From positions 23,744 through 87,743 of the forward strand of contig CAZFCG010000002.1 in the NCBI GenBank assembly GCA_964517595.1: DNA of 64,000 nt, written 5' to 3'. The notes beneath the pieces are model-generated. The model did no database searches, was not told where the DNA came from, and worked only from the letters and a program-made list of their open reading frames with translations. Below are positions 30,257-41,238 of this stretch, piece after piece (position 1 is the stretch's first letter; each line of letters opens with the position of its first letter). The position numbers and the translations under genes were made by a program. Source of the DNA: an uncultured Geobacter sp. GTDB taxonomy: Bacteria; Desulfobacterota; Desulfuromonadia; Geobacterales; Geobacteraceae.

Positions 30257-30952
30257 ATGAGGGGCGCCTTTCCCATGGAAGTTGATCTTGGCGTTATTCT
30301 GAGAATATTGCTCGCGGCGCTTCTTGGCGGTGTGATCGGCCTCGAACGGGAGATCCATGGTCGTCCGGCCGGTTTCCGCACCCACCTTCTTGTGTCCCTC
30401 GGTTCCTGCGTTTTTGCGGTAACATCGATCCATATCTATAAACTGTACGGCGACTTCAGCGGAAGGGTTCCCGTCGGGGTGGATCCCGCGAGAATTGCCG
30501 CCCAGGTTGTCGCTGGTATCGGTTTTCTTGGCGCGGGCGCCATCATCCATGAAAAGGCATACGTTCGCGGCCTGACGACCGCAGCGTGTCTATGGGTTGC
30601 CGCCGCCGTGGGGCTTTCCTGCGGAGTCGGTCTCATTTTCATCTCGGTAATGGTGACGATTGTGGCCGTAGGGTCCCTCCTGCTTTTGAAAAAGGTGGAG
30701 GGATTCATGAGGCGCGATACGTTCAACGCTGTTATGGTCTGGAGTATGGATCTGGAAGGGCAAATGGCCCGGATTGAGGAGCTGTTGCGTGAAAACAATC
30801 TGCAGATGCTGAATGCCCGGATCGAGCGGGATCTGGAGAAGCAGGAGATATGTCTTGCATTTGAAGTAAAGATGACAATTCGTGATACAGGATACAGGCT
30901 GGTAGACGGTATCGTAGCGATGCCCGGGATCAAAAAGGTTCGACTGGAATGA
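30257..30952 (+). CDS. MgtC/SapB-family membrane protein
   Basis: ILLAALLGGVIGLEREIHGRPAGFRTHLLVSLGS, AQVVAGIGFLGAGAI, plus a C-terminal ACT-like domain. Start could be ATG 30275. Confidence 0.9.
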   Translation: MRGAFPMEVDLGVILRILLAALLGGVIGLEREIHGRPAGFRTHLLVSLGSCVFAVTSIHIYKLYGDFSGRVPVGVDPARIAAQVVAGIGFLGAGAIIHEKAYVRGLTTAACLWVAAAVGLSCGVGLIFISVMVTIVAVGSLLLLKKVEGFMRRDTFNAVMVWSMDLEGQMARIEELLRENNLQMLNARIERDLEKQEICLAFEVKMTIRDTGYRLVDGIVAMPGIKKVRLE

Positions 30953-30989
30953 TGAGGCAGGGAAAACATGAAGACGAAGGAGTCTTTCT

Positions 30990-31205
30990 TCAGTCCTGTG
31001 GCGGAGGGGCCGGTTTCTTGCTGTAAACCAGTCTGATGTTCATCCTGCGTATCAGTTCATCTATCTCCTTGACTTTTTCCTCGTACTCCCTCAGATAAAA
31101 CGCCTGCTTTCTTTTGGAGTGGAAAGTGGTCCCTTCCCTGAGCATCTCGATGCGTATCTTCGCTACCTTTTTCATGGTTTCCAGTACTTCACGGGCATCA
31201 GCCAT
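30990..31205 (-). CDS. hypothetical small helical protein (71 aa)
   Basis: GGAGG sits 7 nt upstream of the ATG. Charged helical sequence ending KKPAPPPQD. No family recognised. Confidence 0.5.
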   Translation of the reverse strand: MADAREVLETMKKVAKIRIEMLREGTTFHSKRKQAFYLREYEEKVKEIDELIRRMNIRLVYSKKPAPPPQD

Positions 31206-31390
31206 TTTCCGGCCTCCGGTTCAAGCTCAGAGGAAATCAGATTGACTTGGTAAAGGCATCTGATCTTGGGACATGGGGCTTTGTGGGATTTGCACATTAC
31301 CAGCAGGGTAAATCAAGTCTGGCGAAATCCGGTGATAATCCCTTTTCGTTCCGGGTAAAAGCCGTTCTCGGGATTAAGGGGCTATGATGT

Positions 31391-32248
31391 TTATCTCCGC
31401 GAATCGGAAATAGATTTCAGGCGCTCCAGCAGATAAAAGGCTACTGATAGCGCGCCGCGGCCGATTCCTATTTCGACATCATCTTCAACGCCATGGAAAT
31501 CAGACCCACCGGTCATGGCAAGTTGCAGTTTTTCACAGAGTGATTCGAAAAAGATCATGTCGTCCTTAAAGCAGAGGTTATTGAATACCTCGAGACCGTC
31601 AAGCCCCAGTACGGCCAGTTCTCCCACCAGTGTGGACATTGTCTTCCGGTCCTCGGTTATGGAAGGAGGATGGGCCAGGACGGTAACGCCATGGATTCGA
31701 CGGACCTCGGCGATTGCGTCCTCCATTGCTAAATATTCCTTAGGGACATCATAGGGTTGCAGGTAACGGGTGAACGCGTCCTGAACATTGCGCGCCAGGC
31801 CTTTGTCAACAATAACCCTGGCGATGTGAAGGCGGCTCAAGGCTCCTTTGGCGGTCTCGCTTGCCTCATCGAGTGAAATGGGCGGTTTGTGTTCATTGGC
31901 TAGTCGAGCGTTGATCTTTTCTACAATCGCCTTTCCCCGTCTGCTTCGGGCCTCGCGAAAGTTCCGGAGCATTTCGCTGAACCTTGCATCATGGTGATCG
32001 ATGTAATAGCCTAGCAGGTGCACATCATGAAAGTTTTTGTATGAAACCGACAATTCCACGGCCGGGACTACTTCAACGCCAAACCTCTTTCCCGCTTCCA
32101 TTGCCTCGTCAACGCCCGCAACCGAGTCATGGTCTGAAATGGCGATTGCCTTCAGACCCCTTTCCAATGCCATCCGTACGATATCCGACGGCGAATAGAC
32201 ACCGTCGGAGTGAAAGGTGTGGATGTGCAGGTCCATGTATTTCTCCAT
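31391..32248 (-). CDS. PHP-domain phosphoesterase (TrpH/YciV-like)
   Basis: DLHIHTFHSDG, AISDHDSV, VELS, GGSDFHG metal-binding motifs. Confidence 0.85.
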   Translation of the reverse strand: MEKYMDLHIHTFHSDGVYSPSDIVRMALERGLKAIAISDHDSVAGVDEAMEAGKRFGVEVVPAVELSVSYKNFHDVHLLGYYIDHHDARFSEMLRNFREARSRRGKAIVEKINARLANEHKPPISLDEASETAKGALSRLHIARVIVDKGLARNVQDAFTRYLQPYDVPKEYLAMEDAIAEVRRIHGVTVLAHPPSITEDRKTMSTLVGELAVLGLDGLEVFNNLCFKDDMIFFESLCEKLQLAMTGGSDFHGVEDDVEIGIGRGALSVAFYLLERLKSISDSRR

Positions 32249-32427
32249 GAAGTTCTCCTTCAGGTGGAAAATGAACTTACAGTATAGGGGAGAACAGTCT
32301 GCACATCAACATGTGAAAACCAGCGGTAAGAGATGAGACTGTCTTCAGTCCTCGCAATGATTAGGTTGCCGTCGTTTAGGTATGCCACCGGATTCCATTA
32401 ATATCGCAACATAGGAGAGTGTCCGCA

Positions 32428-33084
32428 ATGAAAGCATCCCAGATCCATGAGGCGGTGGCCATCCTGAAGGAGGCCGTTGACGCCTGGAAGAGCCCGGCGG
32501 TAACCATTGTGTCGCAAAGGGAAGGCAGCCCATTCAAGGTTCTGATATCCTGCATCCTTTCTCTGCGAACCCAGGACCGGACCACGGGCCCGGCATCGGA
32601 AAGGCTTTTCGCCTTGGCGGAAACCGCGGAAAAGATGATGGAGTTGAGTCAGGACGCCATTGAAAATGCTATCTTTCCGGTCGGTTTCTATCGAACCAAG
32701 GCGTCCCGCATCCTGGAGATATGTCGGACACTGGTAAAAGAACGCGGTGGAACGGTTCCGGATGATCTGGAAGAGCTGCTGAAGCTTAAGGGCGTGGGGA
32801 GAAAGACCGCGAATCTCGTGATTACGCTGGGATTCGGCAAGCCGGGCATATGTGTCGATACCCATGTCCATCGCATCTGTAACAGATGGGGTTACGTTGC
32901 GACGCGGACACCGGAGAAAACCGAGTTCGCGCTTCGGGATATTCTTCCCGGAGAGTACTGGCTCGTGATCAATGACCTCCTCGTGACTTTCGGCCAGAAT
33001 CAGTGTTTTCCAATATCTCCTAAATGCTCAACATGCGGAATTTACCATTTATGCGACAGGGAGGGGGTAAAAAAATCGCGCTGA
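32428..33084 (+). CDS. nth: endonuclease III-family DNA glycosylase/AP lyase
   Basis: HhH LKGVGRKTANLV (catalytic Lys), VDTHVHR (Asp), FeS cluster CFPISPKCSTCGIYHLC. ATG 32428 has GGAGAG 8 nt upstream. Confidence 0.9.
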   Translation: MKASQIHEAVAILKEAVDAWKSPAVTIVSQREGSPFKVLISCILSLRTQDRTTGPASERLFALAETAEKMMELSQDAIENAIFPVGFYRTKASRILEICRTLVKERGGTVPDDLEELLKLKGVGRKTANLVITLGFGKPGICVDTHVHRICNRWGYVATRTPEKTEFALRDILPGEYWLVINDLLVTFGQNQCFPISPKCSTCGIYHLCDREGVKKSR

Positions 33085-33263
33085 GGATGGATGCTTTGCG
33101 CCGGAATTGGGGAAAGATATCTGTCCATGAAAAACGGCGACCGGAACAATCCGAAGAGAACCACGGATGATTCCGGTCGCGGAATCCATTGTGCTTTGTG
33201 AACACTGGGACAGGAAAAGCGTTCCGCTTGAGCCATACTGTCGCGGCCTTGTCGTGTTCCTGA

Positions 33264-33926
33264 TTACTTGATTAACCGGCCTATGCTGCTCCAGCGCACC
33301 CGCCAACCGTCCCAGGACCAGTATTTTATGAAGGCAAGGCCTTTTATCTTTTCTTTCTTGACCGTACCCCAGAAACGGCTGTCGTAGGAACGGTCGCGGT
33401 TGTCGCCCATGACGAAATAGGAGCCATCCGGAACCTTTATCGGACCGAAGGTGTCGCGGGGGTTCTGCTCCTTCGGGATTATATCCTGCTCCTTGTGGAC
33501 TTCGTGGGGGTTCTGGTAAAGCCTGCCGTTGACATAGACCTTCTTGTCGATTCCCTGGATGGTGTCACCCGGAACGCCCACAATACGCTTGATGAAATCT
33601 TTGCTCGGGTCCTCCGGATATTCGAAAACGATGATGTCTCCCTGGCGGGGGTCACGGATCTTGAAGAGCCGTTTTTCGGTGAAAGGTATCATGGGACCAT
33701 AGATGAACTTGTTCACCAGCAGGTGATCCCCGATGAGCAGAGTATCCTCCATCGATCCCGAGGGGATCTTGAACGCCTGTACAACGACTGCCCTGATAAT
33801 CAATGCCAGTATTACGGCAATGATTATGGATTCGGCGTATTCCCTGACAAGAGGCTTTTTCTTATGTGGTATTTCTATCCCTGCTTTTGATTCCGGAGTT
33901 TCGTCGCGATATCTGTTGGTTTCCAT
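33264..33926 (-). CDS. lepB: signal peptidase I
   Basis: IPSGSMEDTL (Ser), GDHLLVNKF (Lys), GDNRDRSYDSRFWG. Confidence 0.95.
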   Translation of the reverse strand: METNRYRDETPESKAGIEIPHKKKPLVREYAESIIIAVILALIIRAVVVQAFKIPSGSMEDTLLIGDHLLVNKFIYGPMIPFTEKRLFKIRDPRQGDIIVFEYPEDPSKDFIKRIVGVPGDTIQGIDKKVYVNGRLYQNPHEVHKEQDIIPKEQNPRDTFGPIKVPDGSYFVMGDNRDRSYDSRFWGTVKKEKIKGLAFIKYWSWDGWRVRWSSIGRLIK

Positions 33927-33948
33927 GAGGCATGTTTCCCCGTGTGAA

Positions 33949-35784
33949 TTATTTGTCTTCCACCTTCAGAATGGCAAGAAACGCTTCCTGGGGCAGGTCC
34001 ACGTTCCCCACGCTTTTCATGCGCTTCTTTCCTTCCTTCTGTTTCTCAAGCAGTTTTCTCTTCCGGGTTATGTCACCACCATAGCACTTGGCCAGTACGT
34101 CCTTGCGAAGCGCCTTCACTGTTTCCCGGGCAATGACCTTGTTGCCGATAGCCGCCTGGATGATTACTTCGAACATCTGGCGTGGAATAAGCTCCTTCAT
34201 CTTCGAGACCAGGTCCCGGCCCCGGTAGTATGCCTTGTCACGATGGATGATAAGAGATAAGGCATCTACTACTTCTCCGTTTATCAGGATGTTCAGTCGC
34301 ACAAGATCGCTGCGGCGGTAGTCACGGTATTCGTAATCGAGGGATGCGTATCCCTTGGTGATAGACTTCAGCCTGTCATAGAAATCCAGGACGATCTCGT
34401 TGAGGGGTAGTTCATAGATTATCATGACCCTTGTCTGGGTCAGATACTTGATCTCCCTCTGAACACCCCGCTTTTCCACGCAGAGCGCGAGAACGCCGCC
34501 AACGAACTCATTGGGGACGTGTATGTGGGCCAGGATGAAGGGTTCTTCCACAAATTCGACGTGCTGGGAGTCGGGAAGCTGATTGGCGCTTTCGATGGTG
34601 ACGATTTCGCCGTTGGTTCTGTGGACCTTGTAGACAACGGTGGGCGCCGTTGTTATCAGTTGAAGGTCGAATTCCCTTTCCAGTCTCTCCTGGATAATCT
34701 CCATATGCAGAAGACCCAGAAAGCCGCATCTGAAGCCGAATCCAAGCGCAACCGATGTTTCCGGGTCGTAGGAAAAGGATGAGTCATTGAGCCTGAGCTT
34801 TGATAGGGCGTCCCTGAGTTGCTCGTACTGGGCCGTGTCGATGGGATACAGGCCCGAGAAGACCATTGGCTTCACTTCCTTGAAGCCGCCCAGAGGGGTG
34901 TCGCACCGGCGGTGAAAATGGGTTACAGTGTCGCCGACTTTTGCGTCGGCAACATCCTTGATGCCCGCTATGACAAAACCGACCTCTCCGGCGGACAATT
35001 GCCCGACCTCACGCATCACGGGCGCGAAAACCCCGACCTTGAGCGCCTCATAGGCGCGGTTGGTGGCCATGAGCTGGAACTTGTCGCCCTTTTTCAGCGT
35101 CCCGTCAAAAATGCGCACAAGGATGATAACCCCCTGGTACTGGTCATACCATGAATCGAAGAGGAGCGCCTTCAGCGGCGCTGATGGGTCTCCCTGGGGT
35201 GGGGGGATCTTCTTGACGATTTCTTCAAGGATATCTTCTGTTCCTATGCCTTCCTTGGCGCTTGCAAGCACCGCGTCGTGGGCGTCTATGCCGATTATTT
35301 CCTCAATCTCGTTGATTACCCTTTCAGGTTCGGCCGCTGGCAGATCTATCTTGTTGAGGACGGGGAAAACCTCCAGGTTGTTGTCAAGGGCGAGATAGAC
35401 GTTGGCCAGGGTCTGTGCCTCGACGCCCTGGGAGGCGTCCACCACCAGTAGCCCGCCTTCGCATGCGGCGAGAGAACGGGATACCTCGTAGGTAAAGTCC
35501 ACATGACCAGGGGTGTCGATGAGGTTCAGGATGTACTCGTTGCCGTCATCGGCACGATAGGAGAGGCGGACCGTCTGGGCCTTGATGGTGATGCCGCGCT
35601 CCCTTTCCAGGTCCATCTTGTCCAGGAACTGATCCTGACGCTCTCGCTCTGAAAGTGCGCCCGTGAATTCCAGGAGACGATCAGCAAGGGTGGATTTGCC
35701 GTGGTCGATGTGGGCTATGATGGAAAAATTTCTAATGGATCCGATAATCATGCAATATGCGCCTAACCGTGTAATTGTGTTCAT
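33949..35784 (-). CDS. lepA: elongation factor 4 (LepA)
   Basis: [32 protein letters not shown], and the characteristic C-terminal domain. GGAG is 7 nt upstream of ATG 35784; an alternative start is 35751. Confidence 0.97.
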   Translation of the reverse strand: MNTITRLGAYCMIIGSIRNFSIIAHIDHGKSTLADRLLEFTGALSERERQDQFLDKMDLERERGITIKAQTVRLSYRADDGNEYILNLIDTPGHVDFTYEVSRSLAACEGGLLVVDASQGVEAQTLANVYLALDNNLEVFPVLNKIDLPAAEPERVINEIEEIIGIDAHDAVLASAKEGIGTEDILEEIVKKIPPPQGDPSAPLKALLFDSWYDQYQGVIILVRIFDGTLKKGDKFQLMATNRAYEALKVGVFAPVMREVGQLSAGEVGFVIAGIKDVADAKVGDTVTHFHRRCDTPLGGFKEVKPMVFSGLYPIDTAQYEQLRDALSKLRLNDSSFSYDPETSVALGFGFRCGFLGLLHMEIIQERLEREFDLQLITTAPTVVYKVHRTNGEIVTIESANQLPDSQHVEFVEEPFILAHIHVPNEFVGGVLALCVEKRGVQREIKYLTQTRVMIIYELPLNEIVLDFYDRLKSITKGYASLDYEYRDYRRSDLVRLNILINGEVVDALSLIIHRDKAYYRGRDLVSKMKELIPRQMFEVIIQAAIGNKVIARETVKALRKDVLAKCYGGDITRKRKLLEKQKEGKKRMKSVGNVDLPQEAFLAILKVEDK

Positions 35785-35928
35785 CCGAAAACTCCGGATG
35801 GACAGTAAATTAAAAACTGAAAGGATATAGGAGACTATTTTCTTTGTAAAGTGAAAACCGGAAACCGTTGACGTCCCCTGGATCTGACGCGGGTCCCCGC
35901 CTGGTTTGCCATATGTGGACGGGTGTTT

Positions 35929-37998
35929 TCAGAATGCCTTGATCTTTCCGATGGTTCCAAGGCCTGATAGTGTGAAGCTGACGGTAAAGCCTCGGTCATC
36001 CGGACGCTCCCGGTAGGAAAAAGTGATGCTCCAGCACTTCTGCTTGAACTCCAGTGAGTAGTAGGATTCGATGAAGTCCCTGGTATCGAAGGAATAGCGG
36101 GTCAGGTAGCGCAGGACGAAAGGATTTACATAGGCGAGGTCCAGCTTCCCTTCCAGGTAGCGCAACTGGTTTTCGGCAAAGCGGTAGCCGACGCCCACGG
36201 CGTTTCCTTTGTCGTCAGAGACATCCGTTGCAACGGCAAAGGTCGAAAAGTGGAGGCTGTATGGATTGAAGCGGCTGTCCATGGACAAGGAAACGCGTTC
36301 CACGGGGTAGAGCTTGGTTTCCAGCCTGATATCGGTAAAGGGTTTCCCTTCGTCGACCAGTGTCAGGATATCCCGCCGTTCACCACTGAACTCGTATCCC
36401 TGGGACAGGCGCAGATAGGCCAGATCCCGGTAGGTTGCCGGATTGTCCCCTAAGAGGTATTTTCCGGTCAGGTAGTTGGTAAGGGAGTAGCCTATCATGC
36501 TCTGGGGTACCAGTCTGTCGTTGTAGTCAAAAAAGGGGAGATTTTCCTGGTCCTTGCGAGGCCTGTAGGAGTAGCTGATTTCAGGTATGACCGTATGCCT
36601 GACTTTTTTCAGGTCGCCCCAGTCCGTTTCGTAGACCCTGGAGAGGGTGGTTGACAACGAAACCCCCGCGTCCGGAATCACTTTATTGGTGAATCCGTTT
36701 GCCGTGTCGCTGTCGTAGGTGTTGTAAAGGCGATACCTGTATCCCGCCCATGCCGCTGCTTCGAGCGTGCCGCCGGGTGATGCGTAGTAGGTCAGGGTGG
36801 GGTGGAGGTCCAGACGCTGCCCCTTTGTTCCGTTATCACGGTAAAAATCCGTAAAGCTCGAATCAAAGGAGATGAAAAAGGGCGACGGTCCCAGTTGCTG
36901 CTTGATGCCCGTGAATGTTATAATTGGGAGCTTCTGTAGAGTTAGATTGTTGTTTGCGGCGTAGAGGTCTTCCGTATACCTTAATTCGGAGGTCAGGGAG
37001 AAACGATCCCACTGCTTGGTGAGAAAGGCCGTGCTCTCCAGATACTGCTTGTTGTATTCGCCCGTTACTTCGCCGAAATCCCGGTAGAAGTCACGATCCA
37101 TCGTCAAAGCGATATCAGCCGACAGGAAAAGCGTCGGAGAAAAGTACTGCTGATGACGCGCCAGGAGATTCCCGCGTGTCATGTCTCTGTCCGTATCGTA
37201 AAGCAGATAGGCGTTAATCTCTCCGTGCCCTCCGGAGCGCATCATGTAACGGTAGTCCGCACCGGTTCCCACGCCCCTCTTGGTCATTACATCAAGGTAT
37301 ACGGTTGCTTCCTGGCTCGGCGAAATCGCCAGATAGTAGGGGATACCGAATTGAAATCCCCTCTTGGTAGAGTTTTTGATAACAGGGAGCAGGAAGCCGG
37401 ACATGCGCTCCTCTCTCACGGGGTATACCATGTACGGGAGATACAAAAGCGGCACGTCCTTGATATAGAAAACAGCATGCCGCCCCACCGCGTATTTTTC
37501 CCTGGTGACATCCAGTTGCGCCGCGCTGAATTTCCAGCTGGGCACATCGCCATCGCAGGTGGTAAAGGAGCCGTTTTCAATGCGGTAATCATCCGGGCCG
37601 GTCTTTTCCATCTTTTTGCCGGAGATGTGAAAGTTTCCCTGTTGAATAAACAGCCTGCCGTTGTTGATCTCTCCCTTTCCCGTTTCCAGGTTGAGAAAGG
37701 CGCTGTCTCCCTGGATGATGTTGTCGTCTTTCCGCACCTGCACGTTTCCGTCGGCTGAGGCCATGACTCCCTTTTCCTGGAGAGATACGCTGTCGGCGAA
37801 CATGGTGCTTCCCTGCCAGTCAATCCGAACCTTGCCTGTTGCGGTGTAGGAGTCTTTCCGCGCGTCGTAGCCGATGGTGTCCGCCTTTATCTTCAATTCG
37901 TCAGACGCAGGCGCTTCAACCTGAAGGGCGTGGGATGGATGTATGCCGGTGAGCAGGAGAATGACAGGTAAAAGGAGTCGTGCAGGTATATATCTCAT
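35929..37998 (-). CDS. lptD: LPS-assembly outer membrane protein LptD
   Basis: Signal peptide, OstA-like N-terminal domain, SGFLLP motif, and a large beta-barrel ending in an aromatic residue (KAF). Confidence 0.9.
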   Translation of the reverse strand: MRYIPARLLLPVILLLTGIHPSHALQVEAPASDELKIKADTIGYDARKDSYTATGKVRIDWQGSTMFADSVSLQEKGVMASADGNVQVRKDDNIIQGDSAFLNLETGKGEINNGRLFIQQGNFHISGKKMEKTGPDDYRIENGSFTTCDGDVPSWKFSAAQLDVTREKYAVGRHAVFYIKDVPLLYLPYMVYPVREERMSGFLLPVIKNSTKRGFQFGIPYYLAISPSQEATVYLDVMTKRGVGTGADYRYMMRSGGHGEINAYLLYDTDRDMTRGNLLARHQQYFSPTLFLSADIALTMDRDFYRDFGEVTGEYNKQYLESTAFLTKQWDRFSLTSELRYTEDLYAANNNLTLQKLPIITFTGIKQQLGPSPFFISFDSSFTDFYRDNGTKGQRLDLHPTLTYYASPGGTLEAAAWAGYRYRLYNTYDSDTANGFTNKVIPDAGVSLSTTLSRVYETDWGDLKKVRHTVIPEISYSYRPRKDQENLPFFDYNDRLVPQSMIGYSLTNYLTGKYLLGDNPATYRDLAYLRLSQGYEFSGERRDILTLVDEGKPFTDIRLETKLYPVERVSLSMDSRFNPYSLHFSTFAVATDVSDDKGNAVGVGYRFAENQLRYLEGKLDLAYVNPFVLRYLTRYSFDTRDFIESYYSLEFKQKCWSITFSYRERPDDRGFTVSFTLSGLGTIGKIKAF

Positions 37999-38010
37999 GA
38001 ATTCCGTACG

Positions 38011-39348
38011 CTATCCGCGAAATGGTTCGAAGTTTCTTTCAAGTATGATCGCCCGGGCCTCGCCCACCGTAAAGAGGGAGCCACAGACGAGAATAAGGTC
38101 ATCGCAGCCTGCCATGGAGGCTGCCGTCCGGATCCCGGAGGGAACGTCTCCGGCGTTTTCCGCCGCGTACCCGAGTGTCCGGCAGGATGCGGCCAGTTCC
38201 CTGGACGGAAGGCCGCGAGGAATGGCGGGAGTAACGGTAATGATGCGATGGGCCAGGGGGGTAAGAGGCATGAGTATGCCATTCACATCCTTGTCGCCTA
38301 CCACCCCGATAATCATGATCAGTCTTTGCCGCGGGATCCTTTTCAGGGCCTCTGCAAGCGCCCGAGCCCCTGCCGGGTTATGGGCGCCGTCAAGCATGAT
38401 CCGCGGCGGGCCGGGAAACGTCTCCATTCTGCCGGGCCAGAATGCCTCCTCTATACCTTTTCGCGCTGCTTCCGCCGTAACCGTCATTCCCTGTTCGTCG
38501 AGCAGCTCCGATGCGCACAGGGCCAGCGCGGCGTTTCCCGACTGGTAAGCGCCCGGGATGCCCGGATGGAGACCCTCCAGATGGAGCTTGATGCCGGAAT
38601 ACGAAAGCCCGTCATCTTTCCATGAAGACGAAAAATCCTTTCCATAACTGAAAAGAGCGCTGTTTGATTGACCGCATATCCCGGTAATGATCTCCATGGC
38701 TTCGGGATCCTGGGCTGCCACCGCTACCGGTCGTCCCGGTTTGATCACCCCGGCTTTTTCCAATGATATGCTGGCAATATTGTTGCCAAGGTGCTGGCAG
38801 TGATCCAGGGATATGGGGGAAATCAGTGAAAGAACCCCTTCGACGGCGTTTGTCGCGTCAAGCCTTCCCCCCATGCCTACTTCCATGATTGCCGCGTCCA
38901 CCTCACGCTCCGCGAAATGCAGATAGGACATGGCCGTGGCTATCTCGAAAAAAGTGGCGTCCGGCGGCGCGGCGGACAAGACCCGTTGGGCGAGAGAGAT
39001 CACCTCTTCCCGGAAAATTTCGGCCCCATTGACGCGGATTCGTTCCGTAAATGCCGTCAGATGTGGAGAAGTGAACAGCCCTGCCCTGTGACCCGCCGCG
39101 GTCAGAATGGAGGAGAGGAACGCTGCCGTAGAGCCCTTGCCGTTGGTCCCGGCTACGTGGATTACCCGCGGGACGTTCTGGGGATTCGAAAGCGCGCTCA
39201 GGATAGAACGTATCCTGTCCAGACCGGGCTTCATGCCGAAGCGGGCGAGGCCGTATATGTGGGTCAGGATTTCCTGGTAGGTCATGGTTGGCGCGGGGCC
39301 AGTCACGGCACTCTTCTCCCGGGGCGGCCCGCAAGTTACGGAGGGCAT
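38011..39348 (-). CDS. folC: bifunctional folylpolyglutamate synthase / dihydrofolate synthase
   Basis: HVAGTNGKGSTAAF P-loop in a Mur-ligase fold. The ATG abuts the accD stop (TGAATG). An alternative start (MTYQEIL) is at 39285. Confidence 0.93.
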   Translation of the reverse strand: MPSVTCGPPREKSAVTGPAPTMTYQEILTHIYGLARFGMKPGLDRIRSILSALSNPQNVPRVIHVAGTNGKGSTAAFLSSILTAAGHRAGLFTSPHLTAFTERIRVNGAEIFREEVISLAQRVLSAAPPDATFFEIATAMSYLHFAEREVDAAIMEVGMGGRLDATNAVEGVLSLISPISLDHCQHLGNNIASISLEKAGVIKPGRPVAVAAQDPEAMEIITGICGQSNSALFSYGKDFSSSWKDDGLSYSGIKLHLEGLHPGIPGAYQSGNAALALCASELLDEQGMTVTAEAARKGIEEAFWPGRMETFPGPPRIMLDGAHNPAGARALAEALKRIPRQRLIMIIGVVGDKDVNGILMPLTPLAHRIITVTPAIPRGLPSRELAASCRTLGYAAENAGDVPSGIRTAASMAGCDDLILVCGSLFTVGEARAIILERNFEPFRG

Positions 39349-40212
39349 TCAGGGCCGGTCCGGCAGGGGCCGGAAGAGCATCTTGACGATCCGCGAGAGA
39401 GTTGCTTTCAATTCTTTTCGCGGCGCGATTACGTCAACCATGCCATGCTCCAGGAGATACTCCGCGCGCTGAAAGCCCTCGGGCAGCTTCTGGCGGATGG
39501 TTTGCTCGATGACCCTCGGGCCCGCGAATCCTATCAGGGCCTTTGGCTCTGCCACGATGACGTCCCCGAGCATGGCGAAGCTGGCGGTGACTCCGCCGGT
39601 GGTGGGATCCGTAAGGACGGAGATATATGGAAGTCCTGCGTCGCGCAATCTCGCCAGGGCCGCTGATGTCTTGGCCATCTGCATGAGGGAGATGATGCTC
39701 TCCTGCATGCGCGCTCCCCCGGAAGAGGAAAAGATAACAGCCGGTGTACGTCTATCTTCCGCCCGTTCGATGAGGCGGGTTATCTTTTCGCCGACTACGC
39801 TTCCCATGCTGCCGCCCATGAAGGTGAAATCGAATACGGCGATCTGGATGGGGGAGCCGTCTATCGTGCCCTCGCCGCAGATGACGGCCTCCTTCCCCGT
39901 TCCCTTCGCCATGGCTGACTGGATACGCTCCCGATAGCTCTTGGAATCCTGGAAATCAAGGAAATCAATGGACTGGAGATCCCTGTCAAACTCGGTGAAA
40001 GTGTCTTTGTCCAGCACAAGTTCCAGGCGGGTTTTCGCGGAGATGCGGAAATGGTGGCCGCAGTGAGGGCATACATTCAGGTTCTTTTCCAGTTCCTTCG
40101 TATATACCGTAGCGTTGCAGCTCTTGCACTTGGTCCATAGTCCTTCAGGCACGCGCATTTTCTTTTCGCCGTTATATGCAATCGGAGCTTTCTGTCTTGA
40201 AAACCAGCCCAT
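39349..40212 (-). CDS. accD: acetyl-CoA carboxylase carboxyltransferase beta subunit
   Basis: Start taken at MGWFSRQK. Zinc ribbon CKSCNATVYTKELEKNLNVCPHCGHH. FMGGSMGSVVGEK. Confidence 0.95.
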   Translation of the reverse strand: MGWFSRQKAPIAYNGEKKMRVPEGLWTKCKSCNATVYTKELEKNLNVCPHCGHHFRISAKTRLELVLDKDTFTEFDRDLQSIDFLDFQDSKSYRERIQSAMAKGTGKEAVICGEGTIDGSPIQIAVFDFTFMGGSMGSVVGEKITRLIERAEDRRTPAVIFSSSGGARMQESIISLMQMAKTSAALARLRDAGLPYISVLTDPTTGGVTASFAMLGDVIVAEPKALIGFAGPRVIEQTIRQKLPEGFQRAEYLLEHGMVDVIAPRKELKATLSRIVKMLFRPLPDRP

Positions 40213-40421
40213 ATATCCGCCTTCTCGCGCTGCGCGCGTTTTCCGTGCGGTCCGCACGGGCAACGGCATTTATTGTTCCCGCGCACGACACCTTCGCTAC
40301 AATTGATTCCGTCGTTTGCGCGTTGACCCGTCCGGACCTTCCGCGACATGGCAATTCCATTTTCACGGATTGTCAGAAAATCATGAAAAGTTCTAAAAGC
40401 CCGCTCACCGGTTCCCAGGTA

Positions 40422-41231
40422 TCAGGGGGGTGGTGAGCCGATGCCTGCCTTCAGAGATGAAACGAATTCTCTGACCTTGTACCTGAGTTCTTCACCCCGG
40501 TACTCTTCGAAGAGCTTCACCAGCGCGCTCCCGACAACCGCGCCGTCACCATGGTGCGCCGCTGCGCCCGCCTGGCCCGGATCGGATATGCCGAAACCGA
40601 CCACCAAGGGCATGGCCGATGCCGAACGGATTTTCCGTACCTCCATGTCCAGTGACGACGACACATCCTTGCGAGCCCCGGTTACGCCCGTAACCGAGAC
40701 ATAGTAGAGGAATCCGCGCCCGCGCTTCACTACCTTTCCTATGCGGGTGTCATCAGAAGTTGGGGCCAGGAGGTAGATGATATCCAGTCCTTTTTCCCGC
40801 GCCGCCGAGGAAAGCCCTTCCGATTCGGCCTCTTCGGGCGGTAGATCTACAAGAAGCGCTCCGTCCACTCCCGATTCAACTGCGTCATGAACGAACCTTT
40901 CCATGCCGTAAGAAAGGACTGGATTATAATAACCCATAAGGATAATAGGCACTTCCGTGACCTTCCTCACGGTGCGCACCATGTCCAGTATCTTTCCCAG
41001 GGTGGCGCCGGAAGCGATGGCGCGTTCCGACGAGAGCTGGATTGTCGGGCCGTCGGCCATGGGGTCTGAGAAAGGGATTCCCAGTTCTATGATATCCGCC
41101 CCGGCCCTCGCCATTTCCGGAACCATCTCCGCTGTTGTGTCCAGGTCCGGATCCCCGGCGGTGATGAAGGTGACAAGGGCCTTTTCATCATTTTTTCTCA
41201 GTTTTCTGAAGGTTTCGGCAATTCTGCCCAT
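40422..41231 (-). CDS. trpA: tryptophan synthase alpha chain
   Basis: [55 protein letters not shown]. Confidence 0.95.
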   Translation of the reverse strand: MGRIAETFRKLRKNDEKALVTFITAGDPDLDTTAEMVPEMARAGADIIELGIPFSDPMADGPTIQLSSERAIASGATLGKILDMVRTVRKVTEVPIILMGYYNPVLSYGMERFVHDAVESGVDGALLVDLPPEEAESEGLSSAAREKGLDIIYLLAPTSDDTRIGKVVKRGRGFLYYVSVTGVTGARKDVSSSLDMEVRKIRSASAMPLVVGFGISDPGQAGAAAHHGDGAVVGSALVKLFEEYRGEELRYKVREFVSSLKAGIGSPPP

Positions 41232-41238
41232 ATTTTGT